Source of the DNA: Hamiltosporidium tvaerminnensis FI-OER-3-3
Taxonomy: Eukaryota; Fungi; Microsporidia
Length of the DNA: 64,000 bases
Assembly: GCA_022605425.2 (NCBI GenBank)
Contig: JAKIMF020000007.1
Location: 248,001 to 312,000, forward strand
Reading direction: 5' to 3'
Made by a program: the position numbers and the translations under genes. Positions 1 to 13,100 of the stretch are shown one piece after another; within the stretch, counting starts at the first letter, position 1, and every line of letters starts with the position of its first letter. Below the pieces are notes generated by a model. The model ran no database searches. It was not told the origin of the DNA and worked only from the letters and a program-made list of their open reading frames with translations.

Positions 1-1148
1 AAATAGCAAATGAGATTATTTTCCAAAAATACTTTGATATATATAACTATTTTATAAATCGCAAATATTTTGATAGCTCTTTAATATCGACTATTTTTTT
101 AATAATTTCAAATATTATTCATCATAAAAGTTGCGACCTACAAATTTTTGCAAAGAAAAAGAAAAATATCGTGCATATATCTACAATTTTACGATTAGAT
201 GTTATAAGGATAAATATCATGGCATGTTGATTTTATATTTAAAATCAGTTTTTTTGTTTTTAAAAAACTATAATCACAGTTTTAGATTTAAAGCGATAAA
301 TCTATTTCTTGAAATAATGAATACTACTGCTTTTGAAAATGAAATTCAAAAAGAGTGTATCTTGTGCGAAATAAATTTACAAATGGGGGTTTTAAATACA
401 TTTATAATCAATGAAGAGATGAATTTAAATGAAAAGATTCTTTTTCGGTATAGTGGTATGTCACAAAAAGAATTGGATTTAAAAGATGGTTTTTTATCCA
501 CAAACATTATAAAAGCTAGCAATTCTGATGATAATAGTTTCTTGTATGATTTATATGAAAATATAGAAAAAAAATCTGTATTTATAGAAGTTTCTATTGA
601 TATATTTATTTGTTGTTTAAATAACCTCAATTGTGATACTAGAAATATTGAGATTCATAAAATATTCGATTTCATACTCAAAAACATATTTTGTTATTCT
701 ATGGTTGTATTTAAATTGCCATCATGTTTAGATTCAGATTATATGAAGAAATTTTTTGATAAATTATTTTCTGATGACATACTCGTTAATATTTTTATTA
801 AAACTGTTTCCAACGAATTTGATAAAATTTATGTTGCTTTGGGTGAAATTCAAAGATTGGTGAGCATAAAAGCTAAAGAAAATAAGCCGATGGATCACCC
901 AGTCAATATAATTGTTTTTAATTTACTTTTTTCGGAAAAAAATGATTAATTTAATATCATCACTAAAAAATACTAGTCGAATTCAAATTTTTACAAAAAT
1001 AAGAGTGAATTTTAAGTTTAATATTTTTGCAAATATTTATTCTTTCTTTGATAAGTATATTGAATCTATACCACCTGCTTTAAGAAAAATTTTTACAAAT
1101 TTAAGATATTTAGCGGTGAATGAGGAAGTCGGATTAGGTAGAAATTAA
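1..1148 (+). pseudogene. 3' part of a lineage-specific hypothetical protein gene, split by two apparent frameshifts (pseudogene or assembly error)
   Basis: The frame starting at nt 3 is open to ~229 (IANEIIFQKYFDIYNYF...). ORF 131-949 overlaps it in another frame, and ORF 912-1148 overlaps the end of that one near the T6/A7 runs at 927-942. No recognisable domain. Confidence 0.5.
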
Positions 1149-3082
1149 TAAAGTATTGTACTAATTTTTAATAAATTTATTTTTAATCTTACTTCATAAA
1201 TGATATATTTAATTTTGATTTCTATTTGCTTAACAAAAGTTATTTGTGTATTTAATTTTATAAGAGATTCTAAAAAATCAACCAAAATACAAAAATTTAT
1301 TTTCTTATAAATCATAAACCATACTTATCTAACGTGGTTTTAATAACTCTTTAAAAATAATTATAAATCTAAATTTTAAAAAAACGATTTTTTAAATTCT
1401 TTCTAAGTTTTTAAATAAATTAATAAATTTCTTAAACAATGTGATTTGTTAAAAAAACTGTTTTAATATGTAATATAATCAGATATTATTTTTTTTAGTA
1501 GAAATATTTCATTTTATAAAAAACAATAAAGCATACATCATTATATTTAAATATAAGGATTTATACTAAAAGAGAATAACTTGCGAGTTTTTAAAGATAG
1601 AAAGATTTAAAATTGTATCTCAAGATGCAAGGTAAATATATTTACTTTTATTAAATATTTGGGTGGATTGTACAAGAAACGACATTCTTATAAAAACATA
1701 TTGCTTTGAATTTGATCAAAGAAAAATATTTTTTTAATATATAACTAATAATAATAAATTATTGATAAATTTGATTAAAAAAATATATTAAGTTAGCTGC
1801 TAAGCTCGTAGAAACGAATTTATTTTACATTCAAAAGAAAAAAAAATAGTGGATTACTTAACCTTTATAAACAGAGCCATATTTTCTTAATATTATCAAA
1901 TAGGATTTTATACCCTCGCCACGTTCGTCTATCATATGATTTCTTGTCTTTCATATCACATTTTTAGTCGTCTTTAGGCATTTCTCAATATAATTTTAGG
2001 ATCTTTTTAAATTTAGCATGTATTTCTTCTTTTAATTTATTTACATTCTATTTTTCAGCACTTCAGTTCAGCATTTTATGTATAGTCATTTCACTTTTCA
2101 CATATTTTTATTCAATTCTGTCTCTTTCCTTGAAGAAATTTATTCTTGTGAGATGTTTTATTTGTGTCACAAAAAACGTTTTTAAACAAAATGCTGTTTT
2201 AGATAATCTACTTTTTTGTATAACTTCATATTAAATTTTATTAAAATTCGTTTAATTTAATCAGGTATAAAATTCCACGAAGGTATTTAAGCAATAATTG
2301 GTTTATGCAATTATTATTAAGAATATAAATAAATCTCACAGAATAATGGTAAAAAGGCATCAATCTTATCATACAATTTTTTATGCAACCGTAAATCCTT
2401 AGAAAATAAATCTTAACAAAGTGATTTAAATTGCTTTTGAAATAAAAACGTTAGAAAAATTAAAAAACAAAGTTATCATGTTATTATTGGTGAATAATAA
2501 GATTTAGAAGAAAATTTTCGAAACTTAATTCGAATTTTTTTTGAATCAATATAAACTTTAAATTGTTTCATGCTCAGTTCTACTCATAATTATTGGTTGT
2601 GTAAGATTTATGAACAACCAATAACGTCATATCCTAATTTGACCACTTTAATTGGTGTCTTGAAGTGTTTTAAACAATTAAACATTTACAGGTGCGTCGA
2701 GTCGTCGAAGCCGTGGTCGAAACATTACTGAATTTTATAATGATATTCTTCCAAATTTAGAAAAACTAGAATTTCATCAATGAAAATTTTGTACGGCATG
2801 GTGGGCTACTTGATAAGGCATTGGTTTTAATATAAACATGATATGGAATTATATAGGATCAAAAAAATATGCCTAATTACATATTTTCTCGATCGTTGTT
2901 GTAATTGTAAAATACATTTACTGTAATAACTATGAATTTTACATGAAAAAACGAAATATTTTTCTCAGAAGATGAATTAAAATTATTTTACATCGGAAAT
3001 TCGACTTTTCATTTCTTTATCAATTTTTATAAAATATTTTTAAAATTATGCATTCTAAACAAAATTGACTTTGAATTTAAAA

Positions 3083-3154
3083 AGGTTCCACCGAGATTCG
3101 AACTCGGGTCGCAGGAGTCAAAGTCCTGAGTGATAACCACTACACCATGGAACC
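3083..3154 (-). tRNA. tRNA-Gln (anticodon UUG)
   Basis: Minus strand reads GGTTCCATGGTGTAGTGGTTATCACTCAGGACTTTGACTCCTGCGACCCGAGTTCGAATCTCGGTGGAACCT. Acceptor stem GGTTCCA/TGGAACC, anticodon arm CAGGA-CT-TTG-AC-TCCTG, T-loop GTTCGAATC, followed by an oligo-T Pol III terminator. Confidence 0.97.
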
Positions 3155-3269
3155 ATTGGGCTACCAAATATAAATATATATTGTTTTACATATCGGTTTT
3201 TAAAAAAAATTTTATTTCTTTAAATTCGTCGCAAAACCACATTACGTTTTTCTGGTATAAAAGAATCAA

Positions 3270-4400
3270 AGCAAAGATTATTACTTAAAAAATTAGTGGC
3301 TAATTTACTAGAAAAACAGAAATATTTTTTCATGTTATAAATGAGTTTTAGATTAAAGCAGATAACTAACTATTCCTTTAACAATTCATCAAAATTCCTA
3401 AAATACTTAATCTTAAAAGTGTTTAGAACCTATTTGATGAACGAGACAATTGCTCAGACGTGGGCAGATTGAAAGCTAGATTTTGCACCCCAAGAGCTAA
3501 CTGGGTTTTCAATTATCAATACTTTCAGAACAGATACGCTTACAGATACGTTATATCTTGACGGCTTCAATCGGGTCTAACTAGAAGTTAAAATTTACTA
3601 GAACATTATAGCTTGCTACTTAGAATTCCTGACTCTATTAGTGTAAATTTTTTGTTTGTCTCAAGCACTAGGCTTTCAACTCGAGTGAGCAAGTCTAGGC
3701 TTCCATGTCATTGCATATGCCGATTAGCTTTAATTATTCGTGGTTTACAAACTAGTTACATAAAAACCTACAATCTAATGTGTAAAATATTGCTAATGTA
3801 ATGTGTAAAGTTCACGGATTTTATCACATAAAGTCTATGATGAATTACTATTAGATGGACTCTTTTCTTTTAGTATGATATCCACAGCCTCTTTCTCTAG
3901 ATCGCACTTCCCATTACTCCTTGCAAATTAAATATTAACGAAAAAATGTAATGTTTTGATTCCACGGAGCGTAAAAAATATAATGTGGAGCTAAGCCAAC
4001 CTTGCTATGCACCATTCTTTTTGCGAACTGTTTATTAACTTTTAAGCTTGTAAATTCATTGGTATTTTCCCGTTTTCGGGATTTTATACTCATCGCATTC
4101 GTTTTTATTCCTTCGGAAAGACCATGCATGACCAAATTATTTGACAAGTTTTAGATCAATTTAAAGGTGAAAGGTGATCCAAGGATATGATAGGCAACAT
4201 CCTTCTAAAATACCTTCCTTCTATGTTTTTCTACACACAATGTCCTCTACTTACATTCCTTAGAAAAAAGCGAACTAATGATCTCCTATTACCTTTTAGG
4301 CCGTAAATTATGACTTTACTAAAAATTGTTTTAAGCTTGTAGACCTTCTCTTGCTTGTATTCATTCCGATATAACACCTGAAAAATTAGCTGTTATTATC
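3270..4400 (-). mobile_element. Highly decayed 3' part of a second non-LTR retrotransposon family (family B)
   Basis: The minus strand aligns by eye with 22840-23340(+): catggaagcctagacttgctcactcgagtt vs catggaaacctagccttgctcactcgggtt, and gagcaattgtctcgttcatcaaataggttcta vs gggcaactgcctcgcctattaattaggttcta. Many stops. Confidence 0.55.
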
Positions 4401-5247
4401 GCACCAAAAATCTTAACAATGATTTCCGCACTAACTTCACCTACTCATTGTCAAACAGATAGTGTTTAATGTGATTATCTTACTTTTCACGAGAATGTTT
4501 AATTAATTTTAATAATTACAGTTAATTTTTAGCGTTTTTCGTTCTATTTAAACTAAAATGACGATATTGTATTATAAAATAATTACCTTTTTACGTACAG
4601 TTATTGTCACACAAAATATAGTTTATAAAACGGTTTTAAATAGAATAAAACAAAACCAAAAAAACCACAAAACAATTTATTCTCGAAGGTCATAAAATAT
4701 ATTTTAATCATTTACTTTTTCAGTGGCAAAAAACTAGAAAAATATATTTATTGAATTGCTTAAAATGGAAAATGCAAAAAAAAAAATATTTTGATGCTAT
4801 AATACAATAAATCGATAGCTTTGTGTTAAGACTCCTAAACGCCACCTTTATTTTAATTTCTTCTATATCTTCTATACCTTATGTCTCAAGTATATAAAAC
4901 ACTTTTCATCTAAGGATTTTTTAAAAAAAACATATTCTGTTGTAGTATAAAGAATATTGTCGTGCTGTATCAAGAATATACTATAACAAATGTAATTAAA
5001 TCAAAAATCTGCTTGCATTATATATTTTAATTTAGAAGACAAAATATCATTATAATACAATAAATAGACTTTGTAATAAGAAATATTTAATAACAACTAA
5101 TAATTTAGAAAAATATTATCGTGATACTTAAGAAAAACCAAAAATATCCTTATTTTTAATGAATATATAATTAGTAGTAATTAAAATAACAAATTAATTT
5201 AATTAAAGTTTTAATTTAGGAAATTTACTACAACAGTCTAAATACAC

Positions 5248-5480
5248 ATTTTTAATCAGAAACTAAATATAATTTAATTTTATATTTGATTCAACTATTA
5301 ATTTATTTTTAATCAAAAACTAAATAAAATTTAATTTTATATTTTATTCAAGATTTCATTTATTTTTAATTAGAAACTAAATATATTTTCAATTTTCTAT
5401 TATATCTTAGAATAAATTTATTTTTAATTAAAAAAACAACAAATTTATATTTTATTATTTTATATTTCTAAGCAACAATT
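5248..5480. repeat. Degenerate ~57-bp tandem repeat, about 4 copies
   Basis: atttttaatcagaaactaaatataatttaattttatattt recurs near 5248, 5305, 5362 and 5420. Confidence 0.6.
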
Positions 5481-5689
5481 ACATTTTTAGAAATAATCTC
5501 ATTTTTTTCATTTATTCAGAGGTTTTTCAAGTAATTTTATACATTTACAATAAAATAGACTGTTATTCGATTTACCTTATAATTTCTAAATTTTATATTT
5601 AACTCTAAAATAAAACATTTTGATAGAATTATAAAGTATATTACCAAACTAATTGCAAAAATAATAAGTATTTTATTAATAAAGTTACA

Positions 5690-6075
5690 AATCACTGTAT
5701 TGCAAGTTCTTATAAATAAAATTACATTCACTGTATTGATAGTTCTAATAAATGTTTACATTCACTGTATTGATAATTCTTATAAATGTTTATAATCCCT
5801 GTATTGATAGTTCTTATAAATGTTTATAATCACTGTATTGATAGTTCTTATAAATAAAATTACATTCCCTGTATTGATAGTTCTTATAAATAAAATTACA
5901 TTCACTGTATTGATAGTTCTAATAAATGTTTATAATCACTGTATTGATAGTTCTTATAAATAAAATTACATTCCCTGTATTGATAGTTCTTAAAAATAAT
6001 ATTAAATTCACTGTATTACAAGTTCTTAATAATAATAGATTCCCTGTATGGCAATTTCTTATTAATGTTTATAAT
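5690..6075. repeat. 34/36-bp minisatellite, about 11 copies
   Basis: Core C(A/C)CTGTATTGATAGTTCT(T/A)ATAAAT followed by either GTTTA(T/C)A(A/T)T or AAAATTACATT. Confidence 0.9.
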
Positions 6076-6747
6076 CATCATATTTAATTAATATTTTTAT
6101 TCAAAAAATTAAATGACAAAATTTATTTTACTTTTTAAGATCGAATTTATATCAAACAATATTTTTTTAAATTTACTTTTTTTTATTAAGAAATACATAA
6201 AATGAATTATTCTATTACTTTATTAAAAAGAAAAACAAAATTATCATTGTTGTCACCCAAGCAAAATATATTTTTATATACTATAGATTGAATATATGCC
6301 TCTATTCTTACTGTTAGGTAAATAACTACGATTTGTAATCTTTCACATATTGATAGATATTTTTCTTAGTTTTCATATAAATAATTATTTAAATATTACG
6401 TCTTTAAAAAAGAAATTACATATTTACAAGCAGGTCATACTTCCTAAGTTTCTCAGTTTAATCTATTAAATATAAATCATTGGTTTTATCCTTAATGGTA
6501 TATTATTAAAAGATTATTTAAGTTTTCTATTTGCACAATTAAATTTAAAAATTCGATAAATCTTCTTAATTATAGAAATTTTATTTGATTTCTTATCTAA
6601 AATAAATATATCGAATCTATTATTCTTAAAATAATTATAAGAGTTTTAATTCCTATAAATTAACTTCAAGGTCATTTCATTAAGTAAACAGGCGAAAGAA
6701 TCAATTTTTTTTTTAATTTATCAAATGTTTTACTTAGAAATAAAACT

Positions 6748-7075
6748 ATTTATTTAATAAAATTCTGGGTTAAAATATTTTTACCATTTTTTTATGTTTT
6801 CTTCTACCTCTTTAACCACTGCTGTCACTTCTTCCAAATCCGATTCTTCATTTATGTTATTAGTCGGTTTATCTAAAGTGGTTCCTCCTTGTGGAATATG
6901 GGGTAATTATTTTTTGGTTTTAAATTTTTTGCACCATCTTACTCTCTCTTCGCTTCTTTTAAAGGGGGTGTTGGTTCCTCATGCATCTCTGATATCATAA
7001 TAACATCCATTGACGCTCTCTTCCAGCTCTCTTCGGCATTTAGTCCTGATTCAAGTCCTCTTCGTCGATAAAAAG
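6748..7075 (-). mobile_element. 5'-truncated ~330-bp copy of the RLE non-LTR retrotransposon (family A) with target-site duplication
   Basis: Matches the 3' end of 26162-29967, including the terminal AACCCAGAATTTTATTAAATAAA. Direct repeat CTTAGAAATAAA at 6733-6744 and 7076-7087. Confidence 0.9.
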
Positions 7076-7849
7076 CTTAGAAATAAACATATTATATCTT
7101 TTGTTAGTTTTTCAAACAAAGAATGAGAATAAAAAGCCTCTTGACTTTACAAAATTTCTACGATCTGTTTCATTTTTATTTTAAAGACATAAGAATTCGT
7201 TCTTAAATATTACTGTTTCTTCAAACATTCATAAATACTTCTATTTCTTCTCAAATATTATAATAAATTTGATTTCTTTAAATCATTCTTACATTTTTCT
7301 ATTTTTTCTTAATTTTTCTATTTCTTCTCAAATATTACAATAAATTTGACCTCTTTAAATCATCTTTCTCTACAGATTTCCATTTCTTAATTTTTCTATT
7401 TATTCTTATATCATTTAATATTTTAATAACTTTGATTTCTTTAAATCATTCATACTTCAAAAATCATTCAAAATGTCATTTTTAGAAACCAATTTAATAA
7501 TAAAATATTAATTATCATTTATTTCTTGATTAAATCATAAATTTATATTTCCTTTGTTTGCAAACAAATATAATTTTTTTACGAAAAAAAATAATTTAAT
7601 ATTTCCTACATTTAAATTCTAATAAATATTAAATAATTGTTTTTCGTAAAAAAGAATAAATAGTTTTTTGTCATTAAATCATTTTTATATTTCTTACATT
7701 TAAATAAATTTGTTTCCAACTATTAATTTACATTTCTAATTATTCACATTAATTTTTTATTTTCTTTAAATTTCTTATTATTTGAATAAATATGTTTCCA
7801 ACTATCAATTTACTCTTTTACAATATATTAATAGTTTTCTTATTCTATC

Positions 7850-8165
7850 AATTTTTTTACCAATCAATTTTGCATCCAATTATTAATTTTTTTTACCAAT
7901 CAATTTTACATCCAATTATCAATTTTTTTTACCAATCAATTTTACATCCAATTATTAATTTTTTTTACCAATCAATTTTACATCCAATTATCAATTTATT
8001 TTACCAATTAATTTTAAATCCAACTATCATTTCTTTACCAATTAATTTTATATCCAATTATCAATTTTTTTACCAATTAATTTTATATCCAATTATCAAT
8101 TCTTTACCAATTAATTTTATATCCAATTATCAATTTTTTACCAATTAATTTTTACATCTAAATAT
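7850..8165. repeat. ~36-bp pyrimidine-rich minisatellite
   Basis: ttttttaccaatcaattttacatccaattatcaat repeated about 8 times. Confidence 0.85.
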
Positions 8166-8249
8166 CAATTTATACCAATTTCTCCGTTTTTACAAATTAT
8201 TTCTTTAAATTAATTTATTTACCAATTTTTCTTTTAATTCCTTTTTCAA

Positions 8250-9110
8250 TTCTTTAATTTATTCGTTAAAATTCTTTTTTCAATTCTTTAATTTATTATC
8301 TTTTTCATTCGTTAATTTATTCCCCTTTTCTTAATTCTTTAATTTATTATCTTTTTTTCATTTTTTTTTTAATTTATTCGTTAAAAATCTTTTTCATTTC
8401 TTTAATTTATTATCTTTTTTTCATCTTTTTTTTTAATTTATTCGTTAAAAATCTTTTCTTAATTCTTTTTTTCATTTATTTTTTTTTTAATTCTTTTTTT
8501 TTAATTTATTCGTTAAAAATCTTTTTCATTTCTTTAATTTATTATCTTTTTTTCATTTTTTTTTTAATTTATTCGTTAAAAATCTTTTTCATTTCTTTAA
8601 TTTATTATCTTTTTTTCATTTTTTTTTTTAATTTATTCGTTAAAAATCTTTTTCATTTCTTTAATTTATTATCTTTTTTTCATTTTTTTTTTTAATTTAT
8701 TCGTTAAAAATCTTTTTCATTTCTTAATTAATATCCCCTTTTCATAATTCTTTTCTTAATTCCTCTTTCTTAAATTCTTTTTTTTTTATTTATTATCTTT
8801 TTTTCATTTTTTTTTTTAATTTATTCGTTAAAAATCTTTTTCATTTCTTAATTAATTCCCCTTTTCATAATTCTTTTCTTAATTCCTCTTTTCTTAATTC
8901 ATTTCTTTAATTTATTATCTTTTTTTTAATTCTTTTTTTTTTAATTTATTCGTTAAAAATCTTTTTCATTTCTTAATTAATTCCCCTTTTCATAATTCTT
9001 TTCTTAATTCTTTTTTTTTATTTATTTATTTTTTTTTAATTCTTTTTTTTTAATTTATTCGTTAAAAATCTTTTCTTAATTCTTTTTTTTATTTATTTTT
9101 TTTTCATAAT
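8250..9110. repeat. T-rich compound tandem repeat (~60-bp unit)
   Basis: ttttttttaatttattcgttaaaaatctttttcatttctttaatttattatc recurs about 10 times with variable T tracts. Confidence 0.85.
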
Positions 9111-9184
9111 TAATACTTTTTAGATTAATTAGTTAAATCAATTTTTATTTTTTAACTTTTTTTTTCATCAAATTATTTTATTAT

Positions 9185-10045
9185 AATTAGTAAGTAATAA
9201 GTATCATAAGAACCAAGTATCATAAGAAACAAGTATCATAAGTATTAGTAAGTAATTAGTAAAAAGTAATAAGTAATAAGTAGTAAGTATTATAAGTACT
9301 CCCTCTTTTACTACTTATTTATGTCACTTCTTAATAATAAAATAATTCTTTTATTTCCTTTTTTGTAGTTCTCTCAATTATTTAATCTATAATTCGTTAT
9401 TCTAAATTATCAATTTTTTTATTTAATTAATCCATTTTTATATTTATATATTGGAAAAATTCTCTATTTTACTATATATTCTCTATTACTATATATTACT
9501 ATATATTACTATATATTCTCTATATATTCTCTATTACTATATATTATTTCTCGACTCCCATCTATTATATATCATATTTCTATTTCCATTACAAAACTTT
9601 ATTTTAATTTATGTTTCAAATCAATTATTTCTAAATTAAAATAGTGATTAATAATATTTATCATTCTAATAAGTATTCTATTTATTTATTATTTGATAGT
9701 AATAGATTTCATAGTAATAGATTTCATAGTAATAGAGTTGATTGATAGTAAAGGGATCTATCTGATTGTTAAATAAATCTTATAAACCAATAACAAACCA
9801 ATTAGTGAATCTTATAAAATAATAACAAACCAATTAGTGAATCTTATAAACTAATATCAAACATATATCAAATAAACCAACCAGTAAACTAATAATAAAC
9901 TAAGACATAAACTAAATATATAAACCAACCAACCAATACTAATCAATACCAATACCAAATACAAAAAAATAATCAACCAATACTAATCAATACCAATACC
10001 AAATACCAATACCAAATACAAAAAAATAATCAACCAAATATCAAA
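9185..10045. repeat. Mosaic of short tandem repeats upstream of the cyclin gene
   Basis: Blocks of agtaagta/agtatcata, tatattact(ct), atagtaatagatttc x2, taacaaaccaattagtgaatcttataaa x2 and (ccaata)n. Confidence 0.7.
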
Positions 10046-10191
10046 TATTTACATAAATGGTAAATCATAAAAACTTTGACATATGATTATTTATTCCATT
10101 TATAGAATACACAGTCTGATGTAATACCACCGAATTTATCATTTGTTTTATTATAAATTTAAAAAAAATAAACATTTTTTTTAATCCTAAC

Positions 10192-13100
10192 ATGGAAATC
10201 AAAATGGACAAACAAATTAACAGACAAGTATTTTACAATAAAACAACAAGTTGTAATAAGTACATCAGATATACAAGGAGTGGTGAGAGTGGGAGTGGTA
10301 TGTGTGGTGGTAGTAGTATGTGTGGGGAGAGTATGTGTGGTGAGAGTGGGTGTGGTGAGAGTTATAGTAGTAGTAATATAAGTATTAGTAAAGACACTAG
10401 TAAAGATACTAGTAAAGACACTAGTAAAAATACTAGTAAAGACACTAGTAAAGATACTAGTAAAGACACTAGTAAAAATACAAGTAAAGATACTAGTAAA
10501 GATACAAGTACAAATACAAGTAATACTTATACTCCTACTTATACTAACAACAATAATAACAATAACACTTATAATAACATTATTACTTGTAATACATCTG
10601 TCTGTTCTAAGAGATATAAATTACCAGTAATTGAAACAAAAAGTATTAAAGATAATCTTAAGATGTATAATAATACAAAATATAAAGAAATAGATTTGTA
10701 TAATAATAAGAGAGGAGTAAGTAGGAGTGTATGTGATAGAGTAAGTAAGAGTATGAGTAAAGATAAGAGTATGGGTGATAGAGTAAGTAAGAGTCTGAGT
10801 AAAGATAATACTAAGAGTATGAGTAAAGATAAGAGTATGGGTGATAGAGTAAGTAATACTATGGGTGATAGAGTAAGTAATACTATGAGTAAGAATAAAG
10901 ATAAGAATAAAGATAATACTATGTGTAGGAATAAAGATAAGAGTATAACTAATACTATAGATAATAATAAAGATAACCCTATAGATAAGAGGAGTACTTA
11001 TACTTCAGATAACCCTATAGATAAGAGTATTACTTATACTATAACTAATACTATAGATAAGAGTATATGTAATACTATAGATAACTATAGAGATAAGAGT
11101 ATTACTAATACTATAGATAAGAATAAAGATAAGAGTATTACTTATACTATAGATAAGAGTATATGTAATACTATAGATAACTATAGAGATAAGAGTATTA
11201 ATAACAGTAAAGATTCTTTGAAGTGTAAGATGTATGTTAATGAGTTTGAAATGAAAGGAGAAGAATTATATTATAACAAGGGTTATTATAGTAGTAGTTA
11301 TGAGGATGAGGGTCTTAAGTATAATAGTTCTTATAAGGATGAAGGTCTTAAGTATAGTAGTAGTTATATAACTAGTAAGGATGAAGGTCTTAAGTATAAT
11401 AGTAGTAGTTCCTATAAGGATGAGGGTCTTAAGTATAATAGTTCTTATAAGGATGAAGGTCTTAAGTATAATAGTAGTAGTTCCTATAAGGATGAGGGTC
11501 TTAAGTATAATAGTAGTAGTTCCTATAAGGATGAGGGTCTTAAGTATAATAGTAGTAGTTCCTATAAGGATGAGGGTCTTAAGTATAATAGTAGTAGTTC
11601 CTATAAGGATGAGGGTCTTAAGTATAATAGTAGTAGTTCTTATAAGGATGAAGGTCTTAAGTATAGTAGTTCTTACAAGGATGAAGGTCTTAAGTATAAT
11701 AGTAGTAGTTCCTATAAGGATGAAGGTCTTAAGTATAATAGTAGTAGTTATTATAAGGATGAGGGTCTTAAGTATAGTAGTTCCTATAAGGATGAAGGTC
11801 TTAAGTATAATAGTAGTAGTTCCTATAAGGATGAGGGTCTTAAGTATAATAGTAGTAGTTCCTATAAGGATGAGGGTCTTAAGTATAATAGTAGTAGTTC
11901 TTATAAGGATGAAGGTCTTAAGTATAGTAGTTCTTACAAGGATGAAGGTCTTAAGTATAATAGTAGTAGTTCCTATAAGGATGAGGGTCTTAAGTATAAT
12001 AGTAGTAGTTCCTATAAGGATGAGGGTCTTAAGTATAATAGTAGTAGTTCCTATAAGGATGAGGGTCTTAAGTATAATAGTAGTAGTTCTTATAAGGATG
12101 AAGGTCTTAAGTATAGTAGTTCTTACAAGGATGAAGGTCTTAAGTATAATAGTAGTAGTTCCTATAAGGATGAAGGTCTTAAGTATAATAGTAGTAGTTC
12201 CTATAAGGATGAAGGTCTTAAGTATAATAGTAGTTATATAACTAGTAAGGATGAGGGTCTTAAGTATAATAGTAGTTATTATATAAGTAGTTCTTATATT
12301 AGTAGTAATAGTATTAAGTATAATTATCTTAGTACTACGGATACTAGTAATAAGGATACTAATACTAATAACAAGTATTCTAATAACAAGTATTCTAGTA
12401 ATAAGGATATCATTCCTAGGTATTTAAATTCTTCTTCTGATAGTTATAAGGATTCTTGTGGTTCTTCTTTCTGTTCTGAACAAGATTATAATTATTTTAT
12501 GCATAAAAATAATTTTGAATTAAATAGATTTTATTTTTATGCAAATAGTAGTAGTAGGGATAGTATTAATAGGGATAGTATTAATAGGGATAGTATTAAT
12601 AGGGATAGTATTAATAAGAAGAGTATAAATATTAATACTATTAATAAGAAGAGTATTAATAATAACCCTATTTATAAGAAGAGTATTAATAATTATTATA
12701 ATGATAATACTATTAATAATAATACCCTTATTAATAACCCTATTAATAAGAAGAGTATTAATAATTATTATAATGATAATGAATTGTGTAACTCTGGATA
12801 TAAAAATAATAACTTATATGATAGAAATAACTTATATGATAGAAATAATAATTGTAAAAACTTATTGAAGAAAAACAACACTTATAATAATACTAATACA
12901 AATACTAATACTAATGTTAATACAACTTATAATAATACTAATACATATACTACCAACACATATACTACCAACACATATACTAATACTAATACAAACAACA
13001 AAATAAATACTACAAATACTAATACTAATACTAATACAAATAACAAAATAAATACCTATACTACCAATACAAATACTTATACAAATAACAAAATAAATAC

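Noticed and set aside
2300-2760. Possible Mutator-like transposase remnant (PNLTTLIGVLK)
   Set aside because: Only one short motif, with no TIRs or catalytic residues identifiable.
5690-6075. CRISPR-like repeat-spacer pattern
   Set aside because: Linkers are 9-11 bp and only two types recur. The context is eukaryotic.
7792-8148. 118-aa ORF with FYQSILHPIINF repeats
   Set aside because: Explained by the ~36-bp minisatellite. No domain or start context.
10057-10105. ATG|GTAAAT...TAG intron upstream of the cyclin
   Set aside because: Splicing gives a short frame that stops before reaching the cyclin ORF.
11381-12241. 286-aa overlapping ORF (MKVLSIIVVVPIR)n
   Set aside because: Alternate-frame by-product of the coding minisatellite. 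It begins and ends within the repeat.
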